Shown one piece after another: positions 35,690 to 52,145 of a stretch of DNA of 64,000 nucleotides; position 1 is the stretch's first letter, and the number at the start of each line of letters is the position of its first letter. This stretch comes from Macrostomum lignano (Eukaryota). The notes below the pieces were generated by a model. It was not told where the DNA came from and did no database searches. It saw nothing but the letters and a program-made list of their open reading frames with translations. The stretch is from positions 93,664 to 157,663 of the forward strand of contig NIVC01002435.1 of the NCBI GenBank assembly GCA_002269645.1, given 5' to 3'. A program made the translations under genes and the position numbers.

Positions 35690-36370
35690 GACTGCATCGG
35701 GCAGCTCAACCGCTTAGGCGCCTCTAACAAGGTGTCCCTAAGGTGGATCCTTGGGCACTCGGACCACCCCGGCAACGAGCTGGCCGATCGCCTGGCCAAG
35801 GCCGGCTCGACCGGTTCTTTTACTGGTCCCCTGCCCGTGGCCCCCACCCCCATCGCCGTTGTCAGCATTCGGATCAACCAGTGGGTGGCTTCAAAGCACA
35901 GGGAGAGGTGGGCTAACGCCCCCGACTGCCGGCAATCCCGCGCGGCTGTACCCTGTCCTTCCTCCGCTCCTGCCAGGGATCGCCACCCCAACGAAAAATC
36001 CGCCCTGAGGAATGCCCATCTGCCTCTCCGGTGTCGAGAATTCGGAGCGCTTCATCTGTGAATGCGCCTTTACTCAAAATATTCGTGTTTCTAAAAATAC
36101 AATACGATTTCGTTTCTTAGAGGACAGGCTCACCTACCTCGGCCCACCCGGACGTCTCCAACGTTTTCAAGAATCTCTGCCAGCTCGTCCGCTACCTGAG
36201 GGCTACTGGGCGAGCGACAATCCACCTCCTGGACCCTCCGGAGGGGGACCGCGCTGCGGAGACCGGCACCACATAATCTCCCTACGCGACACCGCAGCAC
36301 CAGCTGCCTCCCGCTCCCGCTGGTCGCCTCCCGCTGTATCCGGATGCTCGGAATCCCCTGCAGCAACATG
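35690..36370 (+). mobile_element. Degenerate non-LTR retrotransposon 3' fragment with an RNase H domain
   Basis: [25 protein letters not shown] matches the RNase H WxPGH...GNExADxLAK motif; downstream FICEC resembles the C-terminal zinc knuckle; frameshifted. Confidence 0.75.
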
Positions 36371-36742
36371 AAAAATTTTTAAGTGAGCTCGATTTTTTCT
36401 AAACAAAAGATGCCAAAAAGGCATTGTTGAAAAATACTTAAGCACTAATAAACTGCCTTTCAACACCTCAAAATGATTAATAAATACTAACAGTACTCAC
36501 TTCTCATGGGTGTTAAAAAGGGGTTTAACGATTGTTTAACAATGTTCGTTTTTGGCGCGAGTTTAAATTTGGAAAGGAACGTATGCCAAAATTCCGGTCC
36601 AGTCAAAGCCCATTTAGAAGCCCATGATCTGCTGTCTTGTGTGCGAAGAAAGGTACACAAAGGTCCAAAGACTACGAGAAGGCCAATTAGTAGAAATTTC
36701 GAGTAGTTTAGTACATAATCAGCCATCCAGCCCCTCAGCCCC

Positions 36743-39892
<3,150 letters not shown>

Positions 39893-41395
39893 TTCTTTCT
39901 TTGCTTGAGTTTACTTGCTGACTTTGTGAAGCAGAAAATTTAAAGCCTTAATAAGAATAAAAAAGACTTAATGGTGACAATTTTTGTCATGACCTACTTA
40001 TAAAATGCTTCTCTTGTGTTGTCAGTCACTAGCGAAAATTCACTTACTAAATAAGTCTTGAAAACTGCAAAGATGAACAATTCATGACATATTACAATTC
40101 AAAAGACTTTTTGGTCTTCACTAGGCACTAATGGTTTCTTTAATATAATTGTTTTTTAAAAGAATTTTACCAACAATATAAAAGCAGTCAGTATATCTAA
40201 TGGATAAATAGGATTAAAGCCATAACTATATCTAATGTATTGGCTTTTATAAAATATCTAAACCATATTTCTTTTTTCATATAACTTGTAAATTTACATT
40301 TTTATATTTTTACAAAAGTTACATTGATTTTTTACTGTGAAAACATACAAGCACGCATAGATCAAGGTATTAATATTTGAATTGAAGTAAATATATATAT
40401 TGAATAAAAAGTACACTTGTAATTTAAAAAATCATTCTACATACAAATTTACTTAAAAATAAAATCAATTACATTGTTTTTTGTTTCACTAGATTATGAA
40501 TACGTTTTAATTGATCTCAATATAAGCATATTTTAGCTCGTTTTGGCTTCAAATGAAATTTACTTATCAATAAAAATTGAAAATGCCTTAATCGGTTGGG
40601 AAATTTCTTAGGCGGATGCCATGGGCCGCAAGCCGCGACTTTCAATACTAAAAATGTGTTCATTTTTTTCATTCAAAATTCAGCGATGTCTCAAAGTTAA
40701 GCATAAAAACAAAAAGTTTTTCTTTGCTATTTTGATCATAATTTAATTTATATTCACTATACGTAACGTAAATCTTAGATTTTAGATAGATAGTTTTTAG
40801 CTTGTGAAATCGGAACTTTTAAACGATCTTTTAATGAGTATACTAGTAGTCCTGTCCTGTCCGTTAAGAGTCCTTATCAATAATTTAATTTTTTTCAGAA
40901 TAACTTTATTTAAACTTGAGTTCAGTCGTATGTATGACAGTGGCTGCGAATGCAGCGAATGGTTAGATTTTTTATAAAATCGAGTCTCTATTTTATGGCA
41001 GTGGCTGCTGACTGCTGCTGCAGCAAGCAGGGATTCTCATCTTGGAATTTATCAAAAATGAACCAACTAATCTTGACTTACTGACAAGCAATGAGATGGT
41101 CCACTCCATTTGAGATGCTGTTGCAATAGGCCTAGTCTAGTCCTAGATATAAATCTTAAATCTTGGTCCAATGGCAATGGTGTAATCTAGATTAATACTA
41201 ATAGCATATTATCTTTTCCTACAGGGTAATAATATGCCCTGTTAGTGTTATCTCCGATTCTCCTTTAATATGAACCTTTATCTCCTTTCTTCTACTTTAT
41301 TTGGCAAACCCTTCTTCATCTCCTTTATTTGGAAGATTTTTGGGACTTTCTCCTTTATTTTAGCCACTCTAGGCCCCTAGCTCCTAAGATTTTTA

Positions 41396-41726
41396 GGCTA
41401 TCCTGGAGAATTGTTCATTAAATTCGCTGTATGTACATTTTTTAGCTATTGACATAAAACTTTCTAAAAATGAATACTTTAATTATGCCAACATTTTAGA
41501 AGTGTTTAGAAGTGTCTACATTTCATATTTGGAAAGTTCCATGGTTCCTAGAAAAACCTAGAAATTGCAATAAAATATAACTTACAACCCCCTGCACAAA
41601 TTGAATTTTAATGTCAAAACACTTCTAAAATGTTGGCATAATGAAAGTATTCATTTTTGGCAAGTTTCACATCAATAGCTAAAATGTGCATACAGTGAAT
41701 TTAATAAACAATTTGGTAGGATAGCC
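41396..41726. mobile_element. Foldback MITE with ~115-bp inverted repeats
   Basis: ggctatcct...attatgccaacattttagaagtgttt (41396-~41507) is the reverse complement of ~41615-41726. Confidence 0.75.
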
Positions 41727-42159
41727 AATTTTTAGCATACAATACATACTTAATACATTATTAGTTTAGCCTTTAGGGTCCTTTTAAATAATAATTTATA
41801 AGAAGACTATTCTATTGACTTGTATTATTTTCCTAGACAAAGTTATGTAGAAGAATAGTTTGTAAGTCTCAACAAAATGGTTTGTATATATGATTAGTTA
41901 CTAATTGAATATACTTTAAAGCATCAATCCTAGGTTAGCCACGATATCAGATTGGCCCTATGTGGAACTATGGAGTTGGTGATATATAAGTTACTTTCAG
42001 GGCTGCAAATTGGCCAGAAGGATGACCTGATCAAAGCAATCAACAAATGGGCCACAGAATAAAACAACCATGAGAATACTATGTCCTACAAACTGGCTTT
42101 CAAAGCAGGGATTGGTAGATTTAAATTGTCTTTTACCTTAAAAGCTAGATAAAGAAGCT

Positions 42160-42720
42160 AGCTAATGGCTTCAGGGGCAGATGAGAGTAGAAAAAGGAAT
42201 GAATTGACAATAAAAAGAGAGGAAAGGTAAGAGAAGGGATAAGAAAGAAAAATATAAGAGGATACAGGAGGGTAAAGAGAGAGGGCAGACAAGAAAGAAA
42301 GAGAAATGAAAAGGCAGTAGAAGAGAAAAGGAGATAAGAAAGATAAAAAAGAGTAGAAAGGAAAAAGAAGCAAGTAAACAGAGAAGAGAACAGATAAAAG
42401 AAAAGAAATTAAAGAGAAAAGATAATAAGGGAAAGAGAAAAGAGAAAACAGAGGAGATAGAAAGGACAAGAAAGAGAAAAGATAAAAGAGCTAAGTGAAG
42501 AAAGGAAAGATGAGAGAGCTAAGAGTCAAGATAAAAGATAAAAGAGCTAAAAGAAAAGAGGAAAAAGATGAGAGAGCAGAGGGTAAGAGGAAAGAGTTAA
42601 GAAAGAGTGGAGATGAGCAAGATAAGAGAGAAGAGTAGAGAAGACAAGAGAAAGGGAAAAAGAGAAAAGAAACAAAAGGAGATGGAAGTTTCAGAGCACC
42701 CAAGGTATATAGAGAGATGC
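42160..42720. repeat. Degenerate GA-rich low-complexity tract
   Basis: Purine-rich with no stable period. Confidence 0.8.
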
Positions 42721-43339
42721 AGAGGCAAAAGGCCAGAGTTTGTTAATACAGGCCTTAGACAGACATTGCTTGTCATTCTATGGTAATACCAACTAAGAAG
42801 ATCAATGTACCCTCAAATCTTAAATTACCACAAATTTACTCCAATTTTTATTTATCTTTCTTCTAACTATTAATACGTTTTTCTTAGAGTATGACTTCAC
42901 ATTTAAAAATATTGTTCCAGGGATTGAACTCATTTAAAATCTGTAGGTTATAGCAGTTTGTTGAAGTATAAATGTAACAAATGAGTGATGTATATTTAGG
43001 TCCATATTGTTATGTTACATATCAGTCAGTCTTCTTTATTTTACTTGCTCAAAATGTGTGGGCACCCTGTTCCTAATAAGTAATTTATAAATGGCCTAAA
43101 TATGCCTAGATCAATTATTATTTTTAGTTCAATCTAGATGTTAAGCTGATTAAAAGTCTAAAGATATAATATAAAAATGTAGGTCTAGGCAATGTGCCTA
43201 ATCATTTTACTTTTAGAATGTTGGCCTATAATTAGAAATAATAACTATAGGCCTAGCCCTAGCTAGGCCTTAAAAGTTTAATAAAAAGGAAGCTTCTACT
43301 CTATTACATAGATTAATACAATGACAACAACAATATATA

Positions 43340-43577
43340 TTTATTATTGCGGTAGAGAAGCACTCTTAACAGATAATAGTAAGACAAAACTCAATATTAT
43401 TTGCGACGCGTTTCGGCTAAAACTAGCCATCTTCAGGCACTATCGAACAGAATTTATTTCAACCTATTAAATACTGTGTAGACGACAAAATCAGGTATTG
43501 AAAAGATATAAAAGGACTAAAGGATCAATGTACAGTATAGCAATGTTCATAATATTTTGTGGAATGACAGGACAGAG

Positions 43578-43620
<43 letters not shown>

Positions 43621-44200
43621 GCGTATGCGCCCCAAATGTACTCTAGCTTAGAACACCAACAGCTGTTCACTCGCACCTCCTCCAGATAGTTGGACATTGA
43701 GAGTGGGTTTGTGTAACTTAATGTGCAGAGCTTCAAGAATGTTAAGTTTATGCTCATTTTTGCTGTTGTCTATGACCTTGAAATGAGAGGTTATGTCTGG
43801 CTCATCACAACAACCATGGCATTGTAGCAAATGTTCATGAATCGGAGAGTTTCGTTGCCTATGTTCCTTGGCTCTCGTGAGAAGGTGTCGCTTGGTTTTA
43901 CCAATGTAGGTAATGCTCTGGTCAACAGAGCAACGAAAACAATAGATGACACCTGCCTTGAGAGCACATGGAACACGAGACTTTAAACTCCCAACAAATT
44001 GACTGACTTTATGAGTACGGAACACTACATGAATCTTAGTCTTAAAGAATTTTTGGCAAGTTTTGCGAATTTGCCTCTTAAACACAATCGAAGAGTTGCC
44101 CAAAAAAGGAAGAGTCAAGATTGGTTCTCCTGGTTCTCTATCTGGCCGCTTAGGTTTAACCTTTTTTTTCAATTTTTTCATCTAATAAATATAATAAATA
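43340..44200 (-). mobile_element. 5'-truncated Penelope-like element: GIY-YIG endonuclease ORF (44181-43648) plus a 3' pLTR region
   Basis: LPFLG, GVIYCFRC...YIGKTKRHLLTRAKEH...LNILEALHIKLHKPTLNVQ is the Penelope-type GIY-YIG domain; a hammerhead motif lies ~210 nt downstream. Confidence 0.88.
43402..43439 (-). ncRNA. Minimal type I hammerhead ribozyme
   Basis: UGC-CUGAAGA-U-GGCUA(GUUU)UAGCC-GAAA-CGCG-UC/GCA: complete catalytic core, 5-bp stem II, 3-bp stem I, palindromic ACGCGU stem III; predicted cleavage after GUC at 43405. Confidence 0.85.
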
Positions 44201-44829
44201 TATTTATTAGCCAGTCAAACAAGTTAAAGTCAAATATAATTATTATAAGATATATTTGAAGGCCTAGAATCAATATAAATAGTCTATATTAGACTACACT
44301 GCTAGCAATGTCTAGGGTGCTGGTATCAGCTAGCAGGCAGCTAATAATTAATAAAGCAAGCACCAAGATAGAGCCTATCTTTCCCAGTACATTATTATTT
44401 ATTAGATAATCTAGATTAATATTATGTTATAAAATAGGCCTAATAGTAACTATTATTATTATTAGGCCTAATAGAAGGTTTAGTATAATAATAATATAGG
44501 TTAGACCTATTCATCACCTTCATTAATATAATTGCCATAAATTATAAAAGCATATGATAATAAGAATATAAGTGTCTTGATTATAGCTTATAGAGACTAT
44601 TAAAATAGGCTTTAACCTAAATGCTAAGGGGTGCCTTTATTTATTTACAACTACTTCACTTCAGTTGCTAAGCATTTTTGGTATTTCCATAAGCTTAAAA
44701 ATCAAATATATATATATTTCAATATTTAATTATTAATAATTAGGCCTAATTATTATAATTATACATCTTTATAAATAGAGTAACTATTGTACCATAATTA
44801 TATAACTCAAAAGATTAACTATTAAATAA

Positions 44830-45330
44830 ATATTTTAGTGCATGCCTGCCTCTGCTGATAAGGTGCCTGCAACATTAGCAATAGCATATTTTGTACTGGT
44901 TCTGGGTAGTACAACTTGGCACAGATGATGTGGACTACCAGCTGGAGTTGCTGATGGTGCAGCAGTTTGCTTGGATAGACCCAGACTAGTGTGGTAATAC
45001 AAAGCTGCATTGGTCACTTGCTCATAGCCAATCTTGAAGGTGGCATATAGTAGGCCAGTGTGCACCAAATCAACTTGTTGCTTGAGCAACTCTATCAGTG
45101 TCCAGGTCTCAGCATTGTATAGCAGGATGGTCTCAACATTGCCTAGAACAATGCCACCCTCTGGTGGTCAAGTAAGGCCTTGGACTGTAGGACTGCCCTC
45201 ACAGACCAAAAGGCAGCCCAGGCAAGCCCGTGGCAATGTTGCACCTCATAGACACTGGGAACCAGACTGCCGAGATAGACAAACTGCTGACAATGCAGTC
45301 ACCTGTCCATCAGCGCCTTGGCACTAAATT
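44830..45330 (-). mobile_element. Degenerate RTE-clade LINE (C-terminal part of the RT ORF)
   Basis: Interrupted frames give QFVYLGS, GLAWAAF..RAVLQSKAL, ETILLYNAETWTL and VTNAALY, with stops and frameshifts. Confidence 0.75.
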
Positions 45331-45403
45331 GCTGCCTCAATGTCGTCTGGCATGCAGAACACAAATGTCTTTTGTATGTTGACCACCAGGTATGTTTGCC
45401 TCA

Positions 45404-45490
45404 ATAAGACAGTCATAGTTACTCCTGCCGTTTACCCAAAGTTGTGTCAATTTTGCTTTAGGATTTTTTTTACATGTAAGTCGCATTTTT
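45404..45490 (+). repeat. Dispersed repeat fragment shared with the nested element at ~15165-15250
   Basis: taagacagtcatagttactcctgccgtttacccaaa...aattttgctttagg occurs at both loci. Confidence 0.8.
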
Positions 45491-46364
45491 GGCCAAAAAC
45501 TAATTCGCACGGCTGACCAAATTTTGGAGGTTGCGCATGTATGTTGGAAGAGCAGTCTGCAGCACCCAGTCAAGCACCAGAATGAATAGTTACCAAGGTT
45601 TATAATGGCGTCCATAATAATCCTGAAGACTATCACTAAAGTTATGATAAGGCTATTTCCTTTACTATAGTTTACTCTTATTGCTGGCACCAAGCTGTTA
45701 CAATGGCAAATTAGGTGAATTTCTCAGATCCTATATCTGGATATCCTTACCCTTTGATAGGAATTCTGCCTTCTAAGGCGATTTCTCTTAGATTTTAAAT
45801 CTGGAGGTCTCATTCTCTGAGAATAGAGTGAATTCTCCCAATCTTGGGGCTTTCAATGCTCCTAAATAACCAAGACAGAAGTATTGCTTAAGCTTTTTAA
45901 TGTAGAAGCAAATAAAAGAACAGGTTGACTCCTCTTCTACTGGCTACTCATGTTTTGATCGGCTTTCCTTGCTGTGATTTAAACCAAGAAAATTTTACAA
46001 TATTTATAATATTCCTAATATTATAATGTTTGAACGAATTAGCATATTTTTAAAACAATACTTTCTAAGAAAGCATTTTTAAATAAGGCCTATTTCATAT
46101 AGATAAATAAGTATCTATATATAGCAAAGACAAGCAGGGCTTGTTATGTTTGGTACAATTTTATACTTTAAAAAATATATTCATTTAAAAACTGTGAAAA
46201 GCAAGAAAGCATGCATTTTACAAGGCCTTGTGGATTTTATTGGACTAGAAATTCTCAGAAAGTATAGTTTTTGAATTTCCTATTAAATTTCATATAGATT
46301 TTAAAGACTATTGAGTATTCTACTGTAGAACTTCTGCTCAATTGAGTCAACCCAAATATCTCAG

Positions 46365-49300
46365 GCATTTGCTGGCTCCAGCAGCGAGCAGCCGCCACCC
46401 AATCGGCAGCGCTGGTGGTGCAGCCTGTGCAACTGCGGCACCAGCAAAGGCTCCAAATTGGCCAACCACCTCACCGACCAGGAGCACACCTTGCAGCTGC
46501 TCACAGCTGGTGTCGGCTTCGCCCGCTCCGACCTGCTGCTGACTTGCGGCGTCCAGTCTGGGGATTCGCTGCGCAGGTGGAACAAGTACATCATTGGCCG
46601 GACCCTGCTGGACAAGGCTGCTGGTGCCTGGTGCCTGCAGGCCGGCCTCCTGTCTGAGCAGCAGTGGATGAGCATGCTCAACTCTGTTAACAATGCGGTT
46701 GAGCAGTCTGGCGGCTGGATGAAGCCGCTCTACATTCAGTTGTCTAACGATGACGTCTTCGCAGCCTCCGCGGCGGCTGCCGCCTCTCTTGAGCCGGCGC
46801 CATTCCTGCTTGTGCACAGCCTGCACTGCTCCATTAAGGATCTTACCAGACTGGTGTCCGACCTGGGCCCCGAGGCCAAGAAGCCCGTCTTCCTCGGCAG
46901 CACGGCGAGCTGCTGCGCTCTTGTGCCGCTCGAGCGCCAGCCGCCACGCGCCGCCACGCGCCTGGCGTTTGACGCCGCAGTCGGCGCCATCAAAGCCAGC
47001 AACAGCTTTAGCGGCTCAGCGGAACCGCTGCTCAACTTCCTCTGGCTGGAGGCCGGCCCTCCCGTCCGGCTCGGCCGCGACCCCGGCCAGCGCCTGGACC
47101 TGGACCCGCCCAGCTTGGCCGCTGCGGCCGCCTCCGCCGCTGCCGGGCCCGCAGGCCTCAGCCTTGGCGTCTTCTGCGACATGACTGTGCCAGAGGAGAT
47201 CGATTTTGGTGAGCGGCTGCCTTCTTCATTACACTGCCCCTCCGCCACTCAGCTCACACTGCTGTCACTCAGCTCACACTGCTGTCAGTCAGCTCACACT
47301 GTTGTCACTCAGCTCACACTGCTGTCACTCAGCTCACACTGCTGTCACTCAGCTCACACTGTTGTCAGTCAGCTCACACTGCTGCCACTCAGCTCACACT
47401 GTTGTCAGTCAGCTCACACTGCTGTCACTCAGCTCACACTGTTGTCACTCAGCTCACACTGTTGTCACTCAGCTCACACTGCTGTCACTCAGCTCACACT
47501 GTTGTCACTCAGCTCACACTGCTGTCACTCAGCTCACACTGTTGTCAGTCAGCTCACACTGCTGTCAGTCAGCTCACACTGCTGTCACTCAGCTCACACT
47601 GTTGTCAGTCGGCTCACACTGCTGTCAGTCAGCTCACACTGCTGTCACTCAGCTCACACTGCTGTCCCTTCGCACTGACAGACGAGCCCAGCGAAGCCGC
47701 CATCAACAGCACCGACAGCTTCTACAACGACGCAGACGATGCGGCAGACGACCCAGAGATCCGGAACGGCCAGGCGCCTGCTGCTGCCGACGGGGCCTCG
47801 GGCAGCGGTGGCCCAGCCGAGAAGCGGCGTCGTCGGGACTCGCGAGTGACCTGCGGCTTTAGCGTGGTCGGACCGGACAGCCTGCCGCGGGTCTGGCGTC
47901 TCACCGGCTTCAAGCTGACGGCCAGAGCTGACGACATCGAGCTGGCCTTGCGGCGCCGCGTTTCTTTCCAGTTTGATCAGGTCTGGCTTTGCCGCTGACT
48001 GTGTTGCCTGCTGCTGACTGTGTTCCCTGCTGCTGACTGTGTTCCCTGCTGCTGACTGTGTTCCCTGCTGCTGACTGTGTGTTCCCTGCTGCTGACTGTG
48101 TTCCCTGCTGCTGACTGTGTGTTCCCTGCTGCTGACTGTGTGTTCCCTGCTGCTGACTGTGTGTTCCCTGCTGCTGACTGTGTGTTCCCTGCTGCTGACT
48201 GTGTGTTCCCTGCTGCTGACTGTGTGTTCCCTGCTGCTGACTGTGTGTTCCCTGCTGCTGACTCTGTGTTCCCTGCTGCTGACTGTGTTCCCTGCTGCTG
48301 ACTGTGTGTTCCCTGCTGCTGACTGTGTTGCCTGCTGCTGACTGTGTTCCCTGCTGCTGACTGTGTTGCCTGCTGCTGACTGTGTTCCCTGCTGCTGACT
48401 GTGTTGCCTGCTGCTGACTGTGTTTCCTGCTGCTGACTGTGTTTCCTGCTGCTGACACAGGCCTGCCATTGCAAAGCCAGTGAGAGCTGACACAGCCTGC
48501 CACTGCCATTGCAAAGCCAATGAGAGCTGACACAGCCTGCCATTGCAAAGCCAGTGAGAGCTGACACAGCCTGCCATTGCAAAGCCAGTGAGAGCTGACA
48601 CAGGCCTGCCATTGCAAAGCCAGTGAGAGCTGACACAGCCTGCCATTGCAAAGCCAGTGAGAGCTGACACAGGCCTGCCATTGCAAAGCCAGTGAGAGCT
48701 GACACAGGCCTGCCATTGCAAAGCCAGTGAGAGCTGACACAGGCCTGCCATTGCAAAGCCAGTGAGAGCTGACACAGGCCTGCCATTGCAAAGCCAGTGA
48801 GAGCTGACACAGGCCTGCCATTGCAAAGCCAGTGAGAGCTGACACAGGCCTGCCATTGCAAAGCCAGTGAGAGCTGACACAGGCCTGCCATTGCAAAGCC
48901 AGTGAGAGCTGACACAGGCCTGCCATTGCAAAGCCAGTGAGAGCTGACACAGGCCTGCCATTGCAAAGCCAGTGAGAGCTGACACAGGCCTGCCATTGCA
49001 AAGCCAGTGAGAGCTGACACAGGCCTGCCATTGCAAAGCCAGTGAGAGCTGACACAGGCCTGCCATTGCAAAGACAGTGAGAGCTGACACAGGCCTGCCA
49101 TTGCAAAGCCAGTGAGAGCTGACACAGGCCTGCCATTGCAAAGCCAGTGAGAGCTGACACAGGCCTGCCATTGCAAAGCCAGTGAGAGCTGACACAGGCC
49201 TGCCATTGCAAAGCCAGTGAGAGCTGACACAGGCCTGCCATTGCAAAGCCAGTGAGAGCTGACACAGGCCTGCCATTGCAAAGCCAGTGAGAGCTGACAC

Positions 49301-51908
49301 AGGCCTGCCATTGCAAAGCCAGTGAGAGCTGACACAGGCCTGCCATTGCAAAGCCAGTGAGAGCTGACACAGGCCTGCCATTGCAAAGCCAGTGAGAGCT
49401 GACACAGGCCTGCCATTGCAAAGCCAGTGAGAGCTGACACAGGCCTGCCATTGCAAAGCCAGTGAGAGCTGACACAGGCCTGCCATTGCAAAGCCAGTGA
49501 GAGCTGACACAGGATTGCCATTGCAAAGCCAGTGAGAGCTGACACAGGCCTGCCATTGCAAAGCCAGTGAGAGCTGACACAGCCTGCCATTGCAAAGCCA
49601 GTGAGAGCTGACACAGCACACAGGCCTGCCATTGCAAAGCCAGTGAGAGCTGACACAGGCCTGCCATTGCAAAGCCAGTGAGAGCTGACACAGGCCTGCC
49701 ATTGCAAAGCCAGTGAGAGCTGACACAGGCCTGCCATTGCAAAGCCAGTGAGAGCTGACACAGGCCTGCCATTGCAAAGCCAGTGAGAGCTGACACAGGA
49801 TTGCCATTGCAAAGCCAGTGAGAGCTGACGCAGTCACGGCCACCCGCCGGTTTCAGGTGATCAGCTACTCTGACTGCTCAATGTCGGACAGAAGCTTTGC
49901 CGGGGTGCCGAAGTCCAACCTGCCCAAAGACCCGAACTGCCGGGCCGCCCTGCTGACTGAGAGCTCCGGCCTGCCCGCCGAGGCTGCCCAATCCGCCCTG
50001 CTCTGCGCCGCTCAACAACCGGAAGTTCAGCTGCTGTGCGATCGAAAGCTCGAAATTTCAACTTCCAGCCGCCGCGACCGGCCGGACTGGCTGCCGCTGG
50101 GGTTTGGCGACGGCCTGTCCAGCAGGAGCCAGTTCCTCGTGCTGGCCGACTTTGCCCCGGCACTGCCCTGCACACAGGAAGTCGCCTTAAAGCAACTGCG
50201 GAGTCTGCTGCCCCTGGCGCGGAGCTTTCATCTGCCGGGTGAAACTGTGGGGCACAGTAGCAGGCATCCGTCCAATGGGTGAGTTTTTAGGAAATGACAT
50301 TTGAGGGTCAGTTTTATAGCTTTTCACTTACAGTTTGGCATGCTCAATCGAGATCTGGATTTGCATTTGCTCTGAGTGGGGAAGATTCTGGACTCGGAGA
50401 TCGGGATGGGGAAGATTCTGAACTCGGAGATCTGGATTTGCATTGGCTCTGAGTAGGGAAGATTCTGGACTCGGAGATCGGGATGGGGAAGATTCTGGAC
50501 TCGGAGATCAGGATGGGGAAGATTCTGGACTCGGAGATCAGGATGGGGAAGATTCTGGACTCGGAAATCGGGATGGGGAAGATTCCTGACTCGGAAATCG
50601 GGATGGGGAAGATTCTGGACTCGGAAATCGGGATGGGGAAGATTCTGGACTCGGAAATCGGGATGGGGAAGATTCCTGACTCGGAAATCGGGATGAGGAA
50701 GACTCTAGACTTGGAAATCGGGATGGGGAAGATTCTGGACTCGGAAATCGGGATGGGGAAGAGTCTGGACTCGGAGATGGGATGGGGAAGATTCTGGACT
50801 CGGAGATCTGGATTTGAATTGGTTCTGAGTGGGGAAGATTCTGGACTCGGAGATCGGGATGGGGAAGATTCTGGACTCGGATATCAGGATGGGGAAGATT
50901 CTGGACTCGGAAATCGGGATGGGGAAGATTCCTGACTCGGAAATCGGGATGGGGAAGATTCTGGACTCGGAAATCGGGATGGGGAGGATTCTGGACTCGG
51001 AAATCGGGATGGGGAAGATTCCTGACTCGGAAATCGGGATGAGGAAGACTCTAGACTTGGAAATCGGGATGGGGAAGATTCTGGACTCGGAGATCTGGAT
51101 TTGCATTGGCTCTGAGTGGGGAAGATTCTGGACTCGGAGATCGGGATGGGGAAGATTCTGGACTCGGAGATCTGGATTTGCATTGGCTCTGAGTGGGGAA
51201 GATTCTGGACTCGGAGATCGGGATGGGGAAGATTCTGGACTCGGAACTCGGGATGGGGAAGTATCTGATGTTGGAATTCGGGATGAGGAAGATTCTGGAC
51301 TCGGAACTCGGGATGGGGAAGATTCCTGACTCGGAAATCAGGACTGAGAAACTTGGACAGTAAGCCATTGCGTATTAAAAGTCAGTTTAGAAATGGAGAA
51401 TCCGCAGCTTTTATTCCTGATTGAAGCCGCTCTCCTCTCCAGCCGCAAATTGGTCAGCGTTTTGGCCATCGCCCGGTTCGACCGGCACGAGGACTGCGCC
51501 AAGTCGCTGGGCCTCGTCACCGCCGAGGGCATCAGCAAGTCCAGCTCCCAGCAGCTGCTCTGCCGCTTCGCCGCCATGCCGCAGCACGCGACCCTTGGGC
51601 CGCTCCGGCTGCCGGTGCACAACTGCGTCATCTGGACCCGGCTCGGCGAATCCTCCGCCGGCTCCGTCGCTGGCGATACCTTGACGATGGACGGGGCGCC
51701 CTTCGTCTGCGAATGCCACACTGGCGGCCGCTACTGTCACGCCGCTACCAGCTTCCGCCGCTGCGTCGACGCCGCCTCCGACATGGCGCAGCGACTGCCG
51801 CGAGACGCTTCGCCCGAGGAGGCCAGGCGGATCGCCCTGCAGTGCCTGAAGCCGCTGCTGTCCAGCAGATCGGCGCCTTGGGAGAGGGACCTGGCAGCTT
51901 ACAGATAG
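46365..51908 (+). CDS. Uncharacterised ~677-aa protein with an N-terminal U1/matrin-type C2H2 zinc finger and two putative RRM-like segments; exons 46365-47208, 47682-47980, 49857-50278, 51443-51908; no genomic ATG at the 5' end
   Basis: CSLC-x12-H-x5-H (WWCSLCNCGTSKGSKLANHLTDQEH). Three GT-AG introns of phase 1, 0 and 2 give a continuous 2031-nt frame with coding-like composition. The RRM assignment is inferred from beta-alpha-beta patterns only. Confidence 0.72.
47235..47665. repeat. 20-bp minisatellite, intron 1 of the zinc-finger gene
   Basis: Unit cagctcacactgctgtcact. Confidence 0.95.
47995..49830. repeat. Compound array in intron 2: 19/21-bp unit (47995-48455) followed by a 35-bp unit (48455-49830)
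   Basis: Units ctgctgctgactgt(gt)gttcc and gacacaggcctgccattgcaaagccagtgagagct. Confidence 0.95.
50350..51350. repeat. 30-bp minisatellite, intron 3
   Basis: Unit gaagattctggactcggaaatcgggatggg. Confidence 0.95.
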
Positions 51909-51914
51909 GACTGG

Positions 51915-52070
51915 CCTGTCCGTGTCTGCCTGCCCATGTCTGCCTGCCCGTGTCTGCCTGCCCGTGTCTGCCTGCCCGTGTCTGCCTGTCCGTGTCTGCC
52001 TGCCCGTGTCTGCCTGCCCGTGTCTGCCTGCCCATGTCTGCCTGCCCGTGTCTGCCTGCCCGTGTCTGCC

Positions 52071-52145
<75 letters not shown>

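Noticed and set aside
47654-49843. Three 600-730-aa Cys-rich minus-strand ORFs
   Set aside because: All three frames are open because the 35-bp unit has no stops; the region is intron 2 of the plus-strand gene.
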